Source: Anaeromyxobacteraceae bacterium
Lineage (GTDB): Bacteria > Myxococcota > Myxococcia > Myxococcales > Anaeromyxobacteraceae
NCBI GenBank assembly: GCA_032654565.1
Contig: JAULAX010000018.1
Span: 32,001-96,000 of the forward strand
Length of the DNA: 64,000 nt
Reading direction: 5' to 3'
Part shown: in pieces, positions 1 to 9,942 of the stretch
Layout of the letters: every line of letters starts with the position of its first letter
Position numbering within the stretch: the first letter of the stretch is position 1
Notes under the pieces: generated by a model
The model's database searches: none
The model's input: only the letters and a program-made list of their open reading frames with translations
What the model was told of the DNA's origin: nothing
Made by a program: the position numbers and the translations under genes

Positions 1-766
1 CATGCCCCTCGCCGGCCGCGGCGAAGACGCGGCTCCCCGGGGTCGCCGCCAGCCGCAGCCGCTCCAGCATGTAGGGTTCGCGGAGCTGGTTGCTCTCCTT
101 CGACATCCGCTGGGTGAGCAGCTCGTCCCTGGTGGGGTCGTGCCAGTCGGTGGTGACCGCGGCCGGATCCCACCGGCGCTTCAGGGCGCGCTCGCAGACC
201 CGGCCCAGGTCGGCGCTGGTGGTGGTGGCGGGCAGCCCGGCCAGCGGGGCGTAGCGTTGGATGGCCCAGGCCACCAGGTCGCCTGGCGGCTGCTGGTCGG
301 GTGGCCTGGGGTTGAAGTAGGCCAGCACCCGCACCGTCATGAAGAGCAGGACCTCCTCCCGCGAGTGGCGCAGCGCCAGCCGGCGCACCTCCTCGGCCTC
401 CGGCAGGTCCATGCTCTGGCAGGGGATCCCCCGCCGGACCGCCAGCCAGCAGAGCAGCCCGGCCTCGCCCCCGTGGGTGATGGCGGTCGCCTTGTCGGGC
501 GAGGCGCCCGCGCCATCCCCCTCCACCAGGATGAGCGTCGGCGAGAAGGCCGCGACGCGCCGCTCCAGCTCGAGGAGCACCGGGTCGCTGGGCTCGGTGC
601 GGTGGCGCGCGCCGAAGAGCACCAGCGCCGCGCCGTCGCGCTCCAGCTCGACGACGCGAAGCGCGCCCTCGCCGCGGCCGTTGCAGGAGGCGAGGGCCAC
701 CTGCGGTGGTCCCGCGTCGACCTGCGGCGCGAACAGCAGGGACGCGAATGCGGCCATGAAAAGCAT
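1..766 (-). CDS. Exported hypothetical protein, possibly TraB/GumN (Tiki) superfamily; runs off the left edge
   Basis: Not in the ORF track (no stop in window). GAGGA RBS, then ATG at 766: MLFMAAFASLLFAPQ...LVLFGARH...ILVEG...SNQLREPYMLERL...VFAAAGEGH; GC3-rich codons. Confidence 0.7.
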   Translation of the reverse strand, partial: MLFMAAFASLLFAPQVDAGPPQVALASCNGRGEGALRVVELERDGAALVLFGARHRTEPSDPVLLELERRVAAFSPTLILVEGDGAGASPDKATAITHGGEAGLLCWLAVRRGIPCQSMDLPEAEEVRRLALRHSREEVLLFMTVRVLAYFNPRPPDQQPPGDLVAWAIQRYAPLAGLPATTTSADLGRVCERALKRRWDPAAVTTDWHDPTRDELLTQRMSKESNQLREPYMLERLRLAATPGSRVFAAAGEGH

Positions 767-964
767 GTCGTTCGTTCCTCCGTCGCCGGGCCGGCGGGGA
801 AGCGGCGATCATGCCTGCCCATCCAGCCAAAGCGACTCAGCTGGCGCAGCCTACGCCGGACGTCGGGCGGTCCACCCAGCAGGGATGCCTCATCGCCCTT
901 GCCGGAATGCCGGGACGCCCCCACCCCGTCCCGGCCATCATGCCGGCCAGCCAAGGAGGCGCAC

Positions 965-1717
965 ATGGACTTCCTGCGACTTTCGACGGGTGACGGCATC
1001 GCCGAGGCGAGGCTGGAGCGGGGCAAGGTCAACGCCCTCAACGACCAGGTGGTGCAGGAGCTGAGCACCTGCCTGCGGGAGCTGGCCGTCGACCCGGCGG
1101 TGCGGGCCACCATCCTCACCGGCACCGGCAAGTTCTTCTCCTTCGGCTTCGACATCCCCGAGTTCCTGGCCTACTCCCGGGCGGAGTTCACCAGGTACCT
1201 GACCGCCTTCGCCGGGCTTTACCGGGAGATGTTCCTGCACCCCCAGCCGCTGGTGGCCGCCCTCAACGGCCACGCCGTGGCCGGGGGCTGCATGCTGGCC
1301 ACCGCCTGCGACGCCCGCCTCATGGCCGACGGCAAGGGCAAGATCGGCCTCAACGAGATCGGCTTCGGCTCCTCGGTCTTCGCCGGGAGCGTCCAGCTGC
1401 TCGCCTACTGGCTCGGCGAGCGGCGCGCCCAGGAGGTCCTCTTCAGCGGCAAGCTCCACGCGCCGTCCGAGGCCCTGGCGATCGGCCTGGTCGACGCCGT
1501 GGTCGGCGAGGCCGAGCTGGCCGGGGAGGCGCGGCGGGTGGCCGGCGCCCTCGCCGCCAAGGATCCGGCCGCGTTCCGCAGCATCAAGGGGCTGCTCCGC
1601 AGGCCGGTGGTCGAGGCCATGCTCTCCAGGGAGGCCGCCTCCATCGCGGAGTTCGTCGACCTCTGGTACTCGCCGCAGACCTGGAAGAACCTGCAGGGGA
1701 TCACCATTCGCGGGTGA
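965..1717 (+). CDS. Enoyl-CoA hydratase/isomerase family protein
   Basis: AGGAGG RBS before ATG 965; crotonase motifs VNAL, FSFGFDI, AALNGHAVAGGC, IGLNE. Confidence 0.9.
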   Translation: MDFLRLSTGDGIAEARLERGKVNALNDQVVQELSTCLRELAVDPAVRATILTGTGKFFSFGFDIPEFLAYSRAEFTRYLTAFAGLYREMFLHPQPLVAALNGHAVAGGCMLATACDARLMADGKGKIGLNEIGFGSSVFAGSVQLLAYWLGERRAQEVLFSGKLHAPSEALAIGLVDAVVGEAELAGEARRVAGALAAKDPAAFRSIKGLLRRPVVEAMLSREAASIAEFVDLWYSPQTWKNLQGITIRG

Positions 1718-2478
1718 CGCCGGAGGCGGTGGACCGGATCGGAGTGGCCGCCGGGGAGGACTCGATGGTCGTCGACAACGGCACGCTCGCCCGGGAGTTC
1801 CCGGGCCTCTCCACCGCGCTCGTCACCGACGCCTGCCTGCGCCTGGGCCTCTCCATCCGCATGGCTCCCTTCGGCATCCGGCCGGTGGTGGCGGGCGACC
1901 TGGTGGCCGGGCGAGCCCTGCCGGTGCGCCATCGCGGCAGCGTCGACGTCTTCCTGGAAGCGCTCGACCAGGCCGAGCCGGGTGACGTGCTGGTGATCGA
2001 CAACGGCGGGAGGACCGACGAGGGGTGCATCGGCGACCTCACGGTGCTGGAGGCCAGGGCGTTCGGCGTGCGCGGCGTCGTGCTGTGGGGTACCCACCGG
2101 GACTCGCTGGAGCTGGCACGCCTGGGGATCCCGGTGTTCAGCTACGGCGCCCGCCCGGCCGGGCCTCGGAGGCTGGATCCCGGCCAGCCCGACGACCTGA
2201 TCTCGGCGCGCTTCGGCGATGGCCTGGTGACGCGGGACGACGTCGTCCTGGGCGACGCCGACGGCGTGGTCTTCGTGCCGAGGACCAGGACCATGGAGCT
2301 GATCGAGACGGCCCGCGCCATCGCCACCAGGGAGCGGGCCCAGGCCGAGCTGGTGAACCAGGGGACCACCCTGCACCAGCAGCTCCGGTTCGAGGAGTAC
2401 CTGGAGCGCCGCGCCGCCTACCCGTCCTACACCTTCCGCCAGCACCTGCGCAGGCTGGGGGGCGCCATCGAGGAGTGA
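1714..2478 (+). CDS. RraA / HMG-aldolase family protein
   Basis: STALVTDA, GDVLVIDNGG, IGDL, GVVLWGTHRD, GDADGVV motifs; GTGA overlap with the upstream gene. Confidence 0.88.
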   Translation: MTPEAVDRIGVAAGEDSMVVDNGTLAREFPGLSTALVTDACLRLGLSIRMAPFGIRPVVAGDLVAGRALPVRHRGSVDVFLEALDQAEPGDVLVIDNGGRTDEGCIGDLTVLEARAFGVRGVVLWGTHRDSLELARLGIPVFSYGARPAGPRRLDPGQPDDLISARFGDGLVTRDDVVLGDADGVVFVPRTRTMELIETARAIATRERAQAELVNQGTTLHQQLRFEEYLERRAAYPSYTFRQHLRRLGGAIEE

Positions 2479-2499
2479 GCCGGCCACCGGGCCCGGTGC

Positions 2500-3399
2500 T
2501 CACGGCCGACCGAGCACCCCCGCCACCCAGGCCCGGACGTAGGCGGCCAGCGGCGCCCCGTGGCGAACCCAGCGGAAATGGTCGAGCCGGGCGGAGGGGC
2601 CCGCCTCCGTGGCGCCGTAGTGCCACCGGGTCAGCCGCGCGCCCGGCAGCTTGGCGCAGAGGTGGTCGATGGCCGATGGCGGCGCCAGCCGGTCGTTGTC
2701 CACCGAGACAGCCAGCAGCGGCAGCTCCAGCCCGGCCAGCCGCCCCTCGTGGTCCTCCTCGGTCCCCTCCAGGTCGTAGCGCCCGGTCCGCGCCTGGCGC
2801 GCCCAGTCCCGCATCACGCCGGCGGACTCGTTGCCGGCGAAGCGCAGGCGGCGCCCGGGGAAATACCCCCACGCGGTGGCGAGGAGCGCGGCCGCCTGGG
2901 TGGCGAGCAGGACCCCGGCGCGGGCCAGGCCCGGGTAGCCGCGGTGGTAGACCGAGCAGGCCGCCACCAGGACGATCCCCCGGACCCGCTCCGGGTGGCG
3001 CGCCGCGAAGAGCGCGGCGAGCTGCCCGCCCAGGCTGTGGCCGAGCAGGAAGACGGGGCGCTCCGGGTGGGAGCGGCGCTCCGTGGCCACCATGGCCTCG
3101 AGGTCCAGCGCCACCAGCTGGTGGTAGCCGAAGCGCGTCCCCCGCCCGGCGCGCACCGAGCTGGTCCCGTGTCCCCGCAGGTCGCCGGAGACGAGGTGCA
3201 GGCCGTGGCGCGCCAGCTCCAGCGCGAACGGCCGGTAGTATCGGGCCTCGACCCCCATGGCCGGCAGGCAGAGCAGCAGCGGCGCGTCCGCCGCCGCGTC
3301 CGCCCGGCAGACGTGCTCCAGCCCGAGCCGGGTGCCGTCCTCGACCTCGACCTCCTCCGACCACCGCACCGCCTCTTCCACCTGGCCCCCTCCCGTCAA
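2500..3399 (-). CDS. Alpha/beta hydrolase
   Basis: PAMGVEARYY, DLRGHG, nucleophile elbow GHSLGG, C-terminal LDHFRW. Confidence 0.88.
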   Translation of the reverse strand: MTGGGQVEEAVRWSEEVEVEDGTRLGLEHVCRADAAADAPLLLCLPAMGVEARYYRPFALELARHGLHLVSGDLRGHGTSSVRAGRGTRFGYHQLVALDLEAMVATERRSHPERPVFLLGHSLGGQLAALFAARHPERVRGIVLVAACSVYHRGYPGLARAGVLLATQAAALLATAWGYFPGRRLRFAGNESAGVMRDWARQARTGRYDLEGTEEDHEGRLAGLELPLLAVSVDNDRLAPPSAIDHLCAKLPGARLTRWHYGATEAGPSARLDHFRWVRHGAPLAAYVRAWVAGVLGRP

Positions 3400-4760
3400 G
3401 CGCAGCGGAGCCGCGCCATCAGCGCCTGGTCGCCACCGCGCTGGAACGCCTCCAGCGCCTCGTGGGCCGGGCTGCGGCCCGACTCGGCGCGCGCCCGCAG
3501 GGGCTCGAGCCAGCGGCGCTCGTCGTCCTGGCCCATGGCGCCGGGCTGTTGCCTTGCCAGCCCCTCGGCCGAGAGGGCCAGCAGCCGTCCGGCCAGCTCC
3601 CGCAGCGTGCCGCCTCCTGGCACCGAGGCGGCCAGCCCGAGCCGCCCGGCGTCGCCCATCAGCCGCCGGCGCTCCTCCAGCCCGAGCCGGCGGACCTCCT
3701 CCCAGGCGGCCGACCGCGCGCCGTCATCGTACAGCAGCCCCTTCCAGAAGGCCGCCAGCCCCTTGCTCATCCCGGCGTCGCAGGCGTCGGCCCCGCGCAT
3801 CTCGACCACGCCCTTGAGGCGGGCATCGGGGAAGAGGCAGGTGAGGTGATCCTCCCAGTCGGCCAGGGTGGGGCGCTCACCCTGGAAGCCCGACCTCAGG
3901 AAGGCCCGGAAGGTCAGGCCTCCGGGGTCGAGGTAGCGGTGGCCCCTGCGCACGAAGACCATGGACACGTCGAGCGCCCACTCCGCGTAGCGTCGATAGG
4001 CCTCCTCCACGAAGCCCTCCTCGAAGGCGAAGCGCGGGACCCCGCAGCGCGCCGGGTCGGTCTGCTCCCAGACCTGCACCCGGAAGCTCAGGCCGCCCCA
4101 GGGGGCGCCGTTCAAGATGGGCGAGTTGGCGAAGAGGGCGGTCACCACCGGCTGGATCGCCAGCCCCAGGCGCAGCTTCTCGCCGGCGTCGGCCTCGCTG
4201 CCGAAGTCGAAGGAGGCCTGGCCCGATCCGGTCATGGCCATCATGTCCTCGGCCAGGAGGCCGCGCCGGGAGAGGAAGGGACGCATCACCTGGTAGCGGG
4301 TCTTGGGCATCCAGGCCACGGTCCGGGGCGTCCCCCAGGGGCGATAGCCGACGGCCAGGAACTGCAGGCCGAGCTCGGCGGCCACCATGGCGCAGGTCCG
4401 GTGGTGCTGGTCCACCTCCGCCGCCAGGGCCTGGAGGTCGCTGAAGGGCCGGCCGGAGAGCTCGAGCTGTCCTCCCGGTTCGATGCTGACGGTGAGCCCA
4501 CCGTCCTGCGCGGCGATGATCCGGCCGTCGTCTTCCACGGCCTTGAAGCCGAGGAGGACGAAGCGGCGCAGCACCGCCTCCACCCCTCGCGGGCCCTGGT
4601 ACGCCACCGGTGCGGTGCTCCCAAGATGGATCAGCACCTTCTCGTGCTCCAGGCCGACCCTCCAGGCCTGGGCCGGCTTCTCGCGGGCCCGGAACCAGGC
4701 CACCAGGTCGTCGAGTTCATGGACGGGCGGGCTCAGCTCGGAAGGCCGGTCGAGTGACAT
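3396..4760 (-). CDS. gshA: Glutamate--cysteine ligase (GCS2/plant-type)
   Basis: VGLEHEK, SIEPGGQLELSG, WMPKTRY, TALFANSP, TDPARCG, FPDARLKGVVEMRGAD motifs. Confidence 0.9.
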   Translation of the reverse strand: MSLDRPSELSPPVHELDDLVAWFRAREKPAQAWRVGLEHEKVLIHLGSTAPVAYQGPRGVEAVLRRFVLLGFKAVEDDGRIIAAQDGGLTVSIEPGGQLELSGRPFSDLQALAAEVDQHHRTCAMVAAELGLQFLAVGYRPWGTPRTVAWMPKTRYQVMRPFLSRRGLLAEDMMAMTGSGQASFDFGSEADAGEKLRLGLAIQPVVTALFANSPILNGAPWGGLSFRVQVWEQTDPARCGVPRFAFEEGFVEEAYRRYAEWALDVSMVFVRRGHRYLDPGGLTFRAFLRSGFQGERPTLADWEDHLTCLFPDARLKGVVEMRGADACDAGMSKGLAAFWKGLLYDDGARSAAWEEVRRLGLEERRRLMGDAGRLGLAASVPGGGTLRELAGRLLALSAEGLARQQPGAMGQDDERRWLEPLRARAESGRSPAHEALEAFQRGGDQALMARLRCA

Positions 4761-4957
4761 GGGGGGAAGCTACGCGGGAGCGATCCGGGACGCAGCCGGG
4801 CAGGCGCAAGGCCTCCGGGCATCGCTGCAATCGCCGCGGCGCCTTGCAGCGGCGCAGGCTCCGGTTGCGGTGATGCCGGTGACATCCGCGAACCCGGCCT
4901 GCCTAGTCTGGCGGAGCTGCTCACCAGAGCCGCGAGCTCGCGGCCAGAGGAGGGACG

Positions 4958-5662
4958 ATGCGCCGACTCGCGCTGGGACTGCTCGTCATGTCGACGAGCG
5001 CTTGCTTCCACCCGACCTGGGCGCCGCTCCGCCCCGACACCGGGCTGTCGCCAGACACCATCGTCCTGGCCGGCTCCCTGCGCGCCGATCCGCCCATCCA
5101 GCAGCACGGCCTCCCGCGGGGGCACTGTGGGGTCTGGTACCAGGGCCGATGGGAGCCCGACGGCAAGATCGTCTTCGTCCAGGAGACCGACGGCAACCTC
5201 ATGGCCATGTTCACGTCGGACCTCTCGGAGCCGTGGAAGCCGCAGGAGCGCAAGGCCGTCGAGCCCACCGCGTGGACCTACCTGCCGGTCCAGGGTCACT
5301 TCTTCATCCAGGTCCCGCGCGCCTCCCGGGTCCAGCTGCGGGGCCTCTACTACCTGACCAACGCCGGGGCCAGGACGTTCGAGCTCCCCGCCCACGTCGA
5401 CGTCTCGCCCCAGGACCGGGTGGTCTACGTCGGCGAGATCCAGCTCCAGCGGAGCGGGGCCCGCCGCGCCGGGTTTCGCGACCAGGTGGAAGGGGCGCGA
5501 GCGGCGGCCAGGGAACGTGGCCTGACGCAGCTCCTCCAGGAGCCCTGGACGGTGAGGCTGCTGCAGACCAGCGGCTCGGGCCCGTCGCTCGGGGAGGAGT
5601 GGGGCGACTCCTGCGACGACGGCAAGGCGGGCTGGGTCCGCCTCTCTCCGAAGGCGAAATAG
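4958..5662 (+). CDS. Hypothetical lipoprotein
   Basis: GGAGG RBS; signal MRRLALGLLVMSTSAC with lipobox-like Cys; biased codons. Confidence 0.7.
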   Translation: MRRLALGLLVMSTSACFHPTWAPLRPDTGLSPDTIVLAGSLRADPPIQQHGLPRGHCGVWYQGRWEPDGKIVFVQETDGNLMAMFTSDLSEPWKPQERKAVEPTAWTYLPVQGHFFIQVPRASRVQLRGLYYLTNAGARTFELPAHVDVSPQDRVVYVGEIQLQRSGARRAGFRDQVEGARAAARERGLTQLLQEPWTVRLLQTSGSGPSLGEEWGDSCDDGKAGWVRLSPKAK

Positions 5663-5674
5663 GCTCGGTCATCC

Positions 5675-6595
5675 ATGGGCGCCGAGGCCGCGCGGGGAGC
5701 TGGGACCATGAGCACGACGGTGATCGAGTTCGACCGGCGCCCCTCGGTGGCCGGCTACATGCTGCGGGCGCTCTACCCCGGCGCCCTGCGCAAGCCGCCG
5801 CCGTTCCCGCCGCTGCGGGCCCGGTGGAGGACGATGCGGCCCGACCCGGCCCGGCTCGGGCGCTTCCTCGAGCTCACCGGCCTCAACGCCGATCGCGGCC
5901 TGCCGCTGCTCTACCCGCAGGTCGTCACCTTCCCGCTGCAGATGGTGCTCCTCACCCACCCGAGCTTCCCGCTCCCCATCTGGAAGGTGCTGCAGGTCCG
6001 CAACAGCCTGCTGCAGCACCGGCCCCTCCCGGCCGACGCCCTGTTCGACGCCGAGGCCGCGGTGGTGGGGCAGCGCGTCCTGGAGAAGGGGCTGGAGCTG
6101 GACCTCCACGTCGGGCTCTGGACCGGCGGACTCCTGGCCTGGGAGGGGCTGACCACCTACTTCTACCGCGGCCGCTTCGGCCCGGCCGACCCGGCTGGCC
6201 CCACCCTGGCCGCTCCGGCCGGCGGCGGGCCCGAGGTGGCCCGCTGGTGGACCGAGCGCGGCGGCGGTTTCCAGTTCAGCCGCATCTCGGGAGACACCAA
6301 CGGGATCCACTCCTCCAGCGCCTACGCCAGGCTGTTCGGCTTCAAGGGAGCCCTCCACCACCCCCACGCCCTGGTGGGGCGGTGCCTGGCGCGCCTCCCG
6401 GAGCCGGCCTCCTCCACCCAGCGGCTCGATCTCTGGCTCAAGGGGCCGGTCTACTACGGCAGCGACGTGACGCTGGCGTCGCGCGGCGAGGAGGCGGGCG
6501 TGGCCTTCTCGCTCACCGTGGCGGGGAGCGGCCGGCCCGCCTTCCTGGGGCGCCGGTATAGCGTCGAGCCCGGCAGCCGGCTGCTCGGCACCTGA
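5675..6595 (+). CDS. MaoC-like (double hot-dog) acyl dehydratase; alternative start 5708
   Basis: LPLLYPQV...FPL and FSRISGDTNGIH...ARLFGF hydratase-2 motif. Confidence 0.8.
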   Translation: MGAEAARGAGTMSTTVIEFDRRPSVAGYMLRALYPGALRKPPPFPPLRARWRTMRPDPARLGRFLELTGLNADRGLPLLYPQVVTFPLQMVLLTHPSFPLPIWKVLQVRNSLLQHRPLPADALFDAEAAVVGQRVLEKGLELDLHVGLWTGGLLAWEGLTTYFYRGRFGPADPAGPTLAAPAGGGPEVARWWTERGGGFQFSRISGDTNGIHSSSAYARLFGFKGALHHPHALVGRCLARLPEPASSTQRLDLWLKGPVYYGSDVTLASRGEEAGVAFSLTVAGSGRPAFLGRRYSVEPGSRLLGT

Positions 6596-6661
6596 GAGAC
6601 CGTCACCTCCGACGGGCGGGGCGCCGGCCACGCCGGGGCCGAGGGGCCGGCGGGCTGGAGC

Positions 6662-7549
6662 TCACGTCTCGTCGGGGATCTCGCCGGTGTAGAGCCGGGG
6701 CAAGAGCCAGGGCTTGCGGGCCAGGAGCTGCGCGATGGGAGGGTGGATGTCGGATCCCTTCCTGGCCTGGGCCGGGCTCTCGGGCCAGGTGAACGGCAGC
6801 TCCAGGTAGGCGCCCGGCGCCCGGGCCGACTCGAGCAGGCCGAGCAGGGCCCGCAGCACCTCGCGCTGGCCGCCGGCGTCCCCGGGCCGGCCCATGGGGC
6901 GCGACATGGGGTAGGCGATGCCCGCCAGGCGCGGCACCCCGGCGGCGCGCGTGAAGTCGGGGATCATGGAGAGCGACACGGTGGAGATGCCGCTCGCCTC
7001 GAGCACCCGCTGGACCAGTCCCACGGACCGGCAGCAGAAGGGTCAAGTAGGCACGAGCGCGGCCACGTCCACCCCGCGGGACCGCATCTCCCGCGCGATG
7101 GCCGGCGCCGTCTCGTTCTCCAGCACCTCGGGCCGCAGCTGGTAACCCATGATGGAGTAGTGGGTGTCGGCCGCCCGGCCGACGACCCCCTGGCCGGCCA
7201 GCTCGGCGAGCCGCCGCATGGGCAGCACCACGTCGAGGTCCTCCCGGCCGAAGCGCCGGTCGATGTGCAGGTGGTGCAGCTCCACCTCGGCCTCGGTGGC
7301 GCCGAGCGGGATGGTGCGGTAGGTCGGGTCGCCCCACCACGGGTTCCGGCGCTCCCCCTCCTCGTCGAACGGCACGTCGTCGCGGCGGGCCACGCCGGCG
7401 GAGCTGACCAGCGCCACCGTGGAGGCGGCCAGCGGCTTCGCCATGGGCGTCCAGGGGATGCTGCCGGCGCGGGGCTCCTCGCGCCCCACCCAGGCCTTCA
7501 TGATCTGCCGGGTGGCGAAGTCGAGGAAGCGATAGGAGTCGATGGCCAT
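6662..7549 (-). CDS. Selenoprotein, PrdB/GrdB-like (glycine/sarcosine/betaine/D-proline reductase selenoprotein B family); Sec at UGA 7045-7043
   Basis: ORFs 7043..7549 and 6662..7024 share a frame and join as ...DVAALVPT-U-PFCCRSVGLVQRVLEASGISTV; PWTP..KPL...TVALVSSAG family motif; hairpin directly after the UGA. Confidence 0.85.
7007..7037 (-). promoter_or_regulatory. Putative bacterial SECIS element
   Basis: Minus strand after UGA: CCCTT CTGCTG-CCGGTCC-GTG-GGACTGG-TC-CAGCGG; two stacked stems and a G-containing apical loop about 18 nt from the UGA. Confidence 0.7.
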
Positions 7550-7550
7550 G

Positions 7551-8198
7551 TCAGGTCGACCTCGGGGCCGAACGATAGAGCATCCACCCCACCGCAACGA
7601 ACCAGGTCGCGAACAGGGCCTGCGAGGCGAGCATCAGGGCCGGCCCGATGGCCCAGGGGTAGGAGCCGATCACGTCGAACAGGCCGGTGAGGAAGCCCAG
7701 GGAGGCGATCCTCCTGCCGTGGAGGCCGCGCCGCAGGGCCAGGCTCACCGCGATGGTGGCCACGGCCATCATGATGAGGACCGCGTGCAGCCCCCCGTAG
7801 AACTGCCCCACCACCAGCTCCGCCTCCGCCGGGGTGGCGATGCGCAGGCCGTACACCGGGTAGATGAGACGCCCGTGGACGATGTCGAGCACCAGCAGGA
7901 CCGGGATCGCCGCCGCCATGACGCCACACCCCAGCGCGGCCTTGGCCCGATCGACCGCGGCGAGGCGGAGGTAGAGCGCCACCACGGCTGGGATCAGCAG
8001 GATCCCGGCGACGAAGAGGGCCTCGTTGGCGAAGATCAGGGGCAGCCGGCCCGCCTCGGCCCAGGCCAGGATCGCCACCCCGCTCGAGGGCGGCGGACCC
8101 GCCATGAGATCCAACACGTACCTCGCGACGAAGAGCAGCCCGCTGGCGATGAGCGAGATGCCTCCAAGCCTGTAGAGCCCGTTCACCTGGTGAGTCAT
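7551..8198 (-). CDS. Multi-pass membrane protein (DUF4386-like)
   Basis: AGGAGG RBS before ATG 8198; about six hydrophobic segments. Confidence 0.65.
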   Translation of the reverse strand: MTHQVNGLYRLGGISLIASGLLFVARYVLDLMAGPPPSSGVAILAWAEAGRLPLIFANEALFVAGILLIPAVVALYLRLAAVDRAKAALGCGVMAAAIPVLLVLDIVHGRLIYPVYGLRIATPAEAELVVGQFYGGLHAVLIMMAVATIAVSLALRRGLHGRRIASLGFLTGLFDVIGSYPWAIGPALMLASQALFATWFVAVGWMLYRSAPRST

Positions 8199-8367
8199 GT
8201 GGAGCCCCTCCTGCCGCGGCGCCATAGCATCGCGGCACGGCCGCCGTCCTCCCCGCGGCTGCAAGGCAGGGGAGGGGTCGGCGCAAGCCCGGAGACCGCG
8301 GCCGGTGCCCGCCCATGGTAAAGCCCGGCCGTCACCCGGCCTGGTCAATGGGCGACGTGGAGGCTTC

Positions 8368-9168
8368 ATGGCGGCTCGACTGCAGGACAAGGTCTCGCTC
8401 ATCAGCGGGGCCGCCCGTGGCATCGGCCTCGCCGTGGCCCAGGCCTTCGTCGCCGAGGGCGCGGTGGTGGTGCTGACCGACCTCCGGGACGGGGTGGGTG
8501 AGGCCGCGGCGGCCGGGCTCGGGGCCCGGGCCAGCTACCGGCACCTCGACGTCCGCCAGGAGCGCGACTGGGTCGCCGTGGTCGCGGAGGTCCGCTCCCG
8601 CCACGGCAGGCTGGACGTGCTGGTCAACAACGCCGGCATCACGGGGCTGGAGGGCGGCGGCGTGGCCGGCGACCCCGAGCAGCTCACCCTGGAGCACTGG
8701 CGCGAGGTGATGGCCACCAACCTGGAGGGCGTGATGCTCGGCTGCAAGCACGGCCTCCGCGCCATGCGCCCGGCTGGCCGGGGCTCGATCGTGAACATCT
8801 CGTCACGCTCCGGGCTGGTGGGGATCCCGGGCGCGGCGGCCTACGCCGCCAGCAAGGCGGGGGTGCGCAACCACACCAAGTCGGTCGCGCTCTGGTGCGC
8901 GCAGGAGGGGCTGGCCATCCGCTGCAATTCAGTCCACCCAGCCGCCATCCTCACGTCCATGTGGGAGCCCCTGCTCGGCGACGGCCCGGACCGCCAGGAG
9001 CGCATGCGCGCCCTGGTCGCCGAGACGCCGCTGCGGAGGTTCGGGACGCCGGAGGAGGTGGCGGCCCTCTGTGTCCACCTGGGCGCCGACGAGTCGGCCT
9101 ACACCACTGGCGCGGAGTTCAACGTCGACGGGGGGCTGCTGGCCGGGAGCGCGGCCTCGCCGAGGTAG
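8368..9168 (+). CDS. Short-chain dehydrogenase/reductase
   Basis: [27 protein letters not shown] motifs; GGAGG RBS. Confidence 0.93.
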   Translation: MAARLQDKVSLISGAARGIGLAVAQAFVAEGAVVVLTDLRDGVGEAAAAGLGARASYRHLDVRQERDWVAVVAEVRSRHGRLDVLVNNAGITGLEGGGVAGDPEQLTLEHWREVMATNLEGVMLGCKHGLRAMRPAGRGSIVNISSRSGLVGIPGAAAYAASKAGVRNHTKSVALWCAQEGLAIRCNSVHPAAILTSMWEPLLGDGPDRQERMRALVAETPLRRFGTPEEVAALCVHLGADESAYTTGAEFNVDGGLLAGSAASPR

Positions 9169-9191
9169 GTGCCGGGGAGTTGAGCTCGCGG

Positions 9192-9830
9192 TCAGGTCGC
9201 CTCGGGCCGGGGAGCTGAGGAGCGAGGGAGGGGCTGGACCGGAGGCCGCTCCGTGACCGCCCGCCCGGCCGCCGCCAGCACCGGCGCCGCCAGCGTGTGG
9301 AAGAGGGCGTCCACCTGCTCCGGCGTGTGCGGCCCCCTGGCCTCCAGCGACCAGGTGAGGAGGTCGAAGAAGCCCCCGGCCAGGAAGGCGACGGCGCCGT
9401 CGCGGCGCGGCCCCGCCGGGAGAAGCGGCGCGAGGTCCTCCTTCACCAGCTCGGTCACCAGCCCGTGGAACTTGCGCTGCACGATGTGCCAGCTCCTCTT
9501 CCCGATCAGCGCCTGGAACAGGCGCCGGTGCCCGTGGGCGTGATCGAGCAGGCCGAGGGAGAACCCGAGCGGGCGCGGCGGGTCGCTCCCGGCCTGGAGC
9601 TGCGCCCGCAGGGCTCGGCGCAGGTCCTCGAAGCCGGCGCCGACGACGTCCTCCTTGTCGGCGAAGTGCGTGTAGAAGGTCGACCGGCCCACGTCGGCGC
9701 GCTGGCACAGCTCCCCGATCCCGAAGCCGTCCCAGCCCCGCTCCAGGATGAGCGCGATGAGCGCCTCGGTCAGGGCCCGGCGGGTACGCTGGACCCGCCG
9801 GTCATCGCTCCCCACGCTCCTCGTTCCCAT
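9192..9830 (-). CDS. TetR/AcrR family regulator
   Basis: DRRVQRTRRAL...ADVGRSTFYTHFADK HTH; divergent from the ABC operon. Confidence 0.9.
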   Translation of the reverse strand: MGTRSVGSDDRRVQRTRRALTEALIALILERGWDGFGIGELCQRADVGRSTFYTHFADKEDVVGAGFEDLRRALRAQLQAGSDPPRPLGFSLGLLDHAHGHRRLFQALIGKRSWHIVQRKFHGLVTELVKEDLAPLLPAGPRRDGAVAFLAGGFFDLLTWSLEARGPHTPEQVDALFHTLAAPVLAAAGRAVTERPPVQPLPRSSAPRPEAT

Positions 9831-9847
9831 GTGGCAGGTCCCTTCCT

Positions 9848-9942
9848 GGACAGTCGGCCCCGGCTGTCCGCTACTGGCCACGACCGGGCCCGTTGTGGAT
9901 TGCACACCGGACCGCGATCGGTATTCTTGGACATCATGTCCA
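9848..9942. promoter_or_regulatory. Two GGACA...TGTCC inverted repeats, putative TetR operators
   Basis: GGACAGTCGG-CC-CCGGCTGTCC (9848-9869) and TGGACAT-C-ATGTCCA (9928-9942) in the divergent intergenic region. Confidence 0.6.

Noticed and set aside
2..964. N-terminal extension of the enoyl-CoA hydratase ORF (2..1717)
   Set aside because: It overlaps a better minus-strand gene; the real start is the RBS-preceded ATG at 965.
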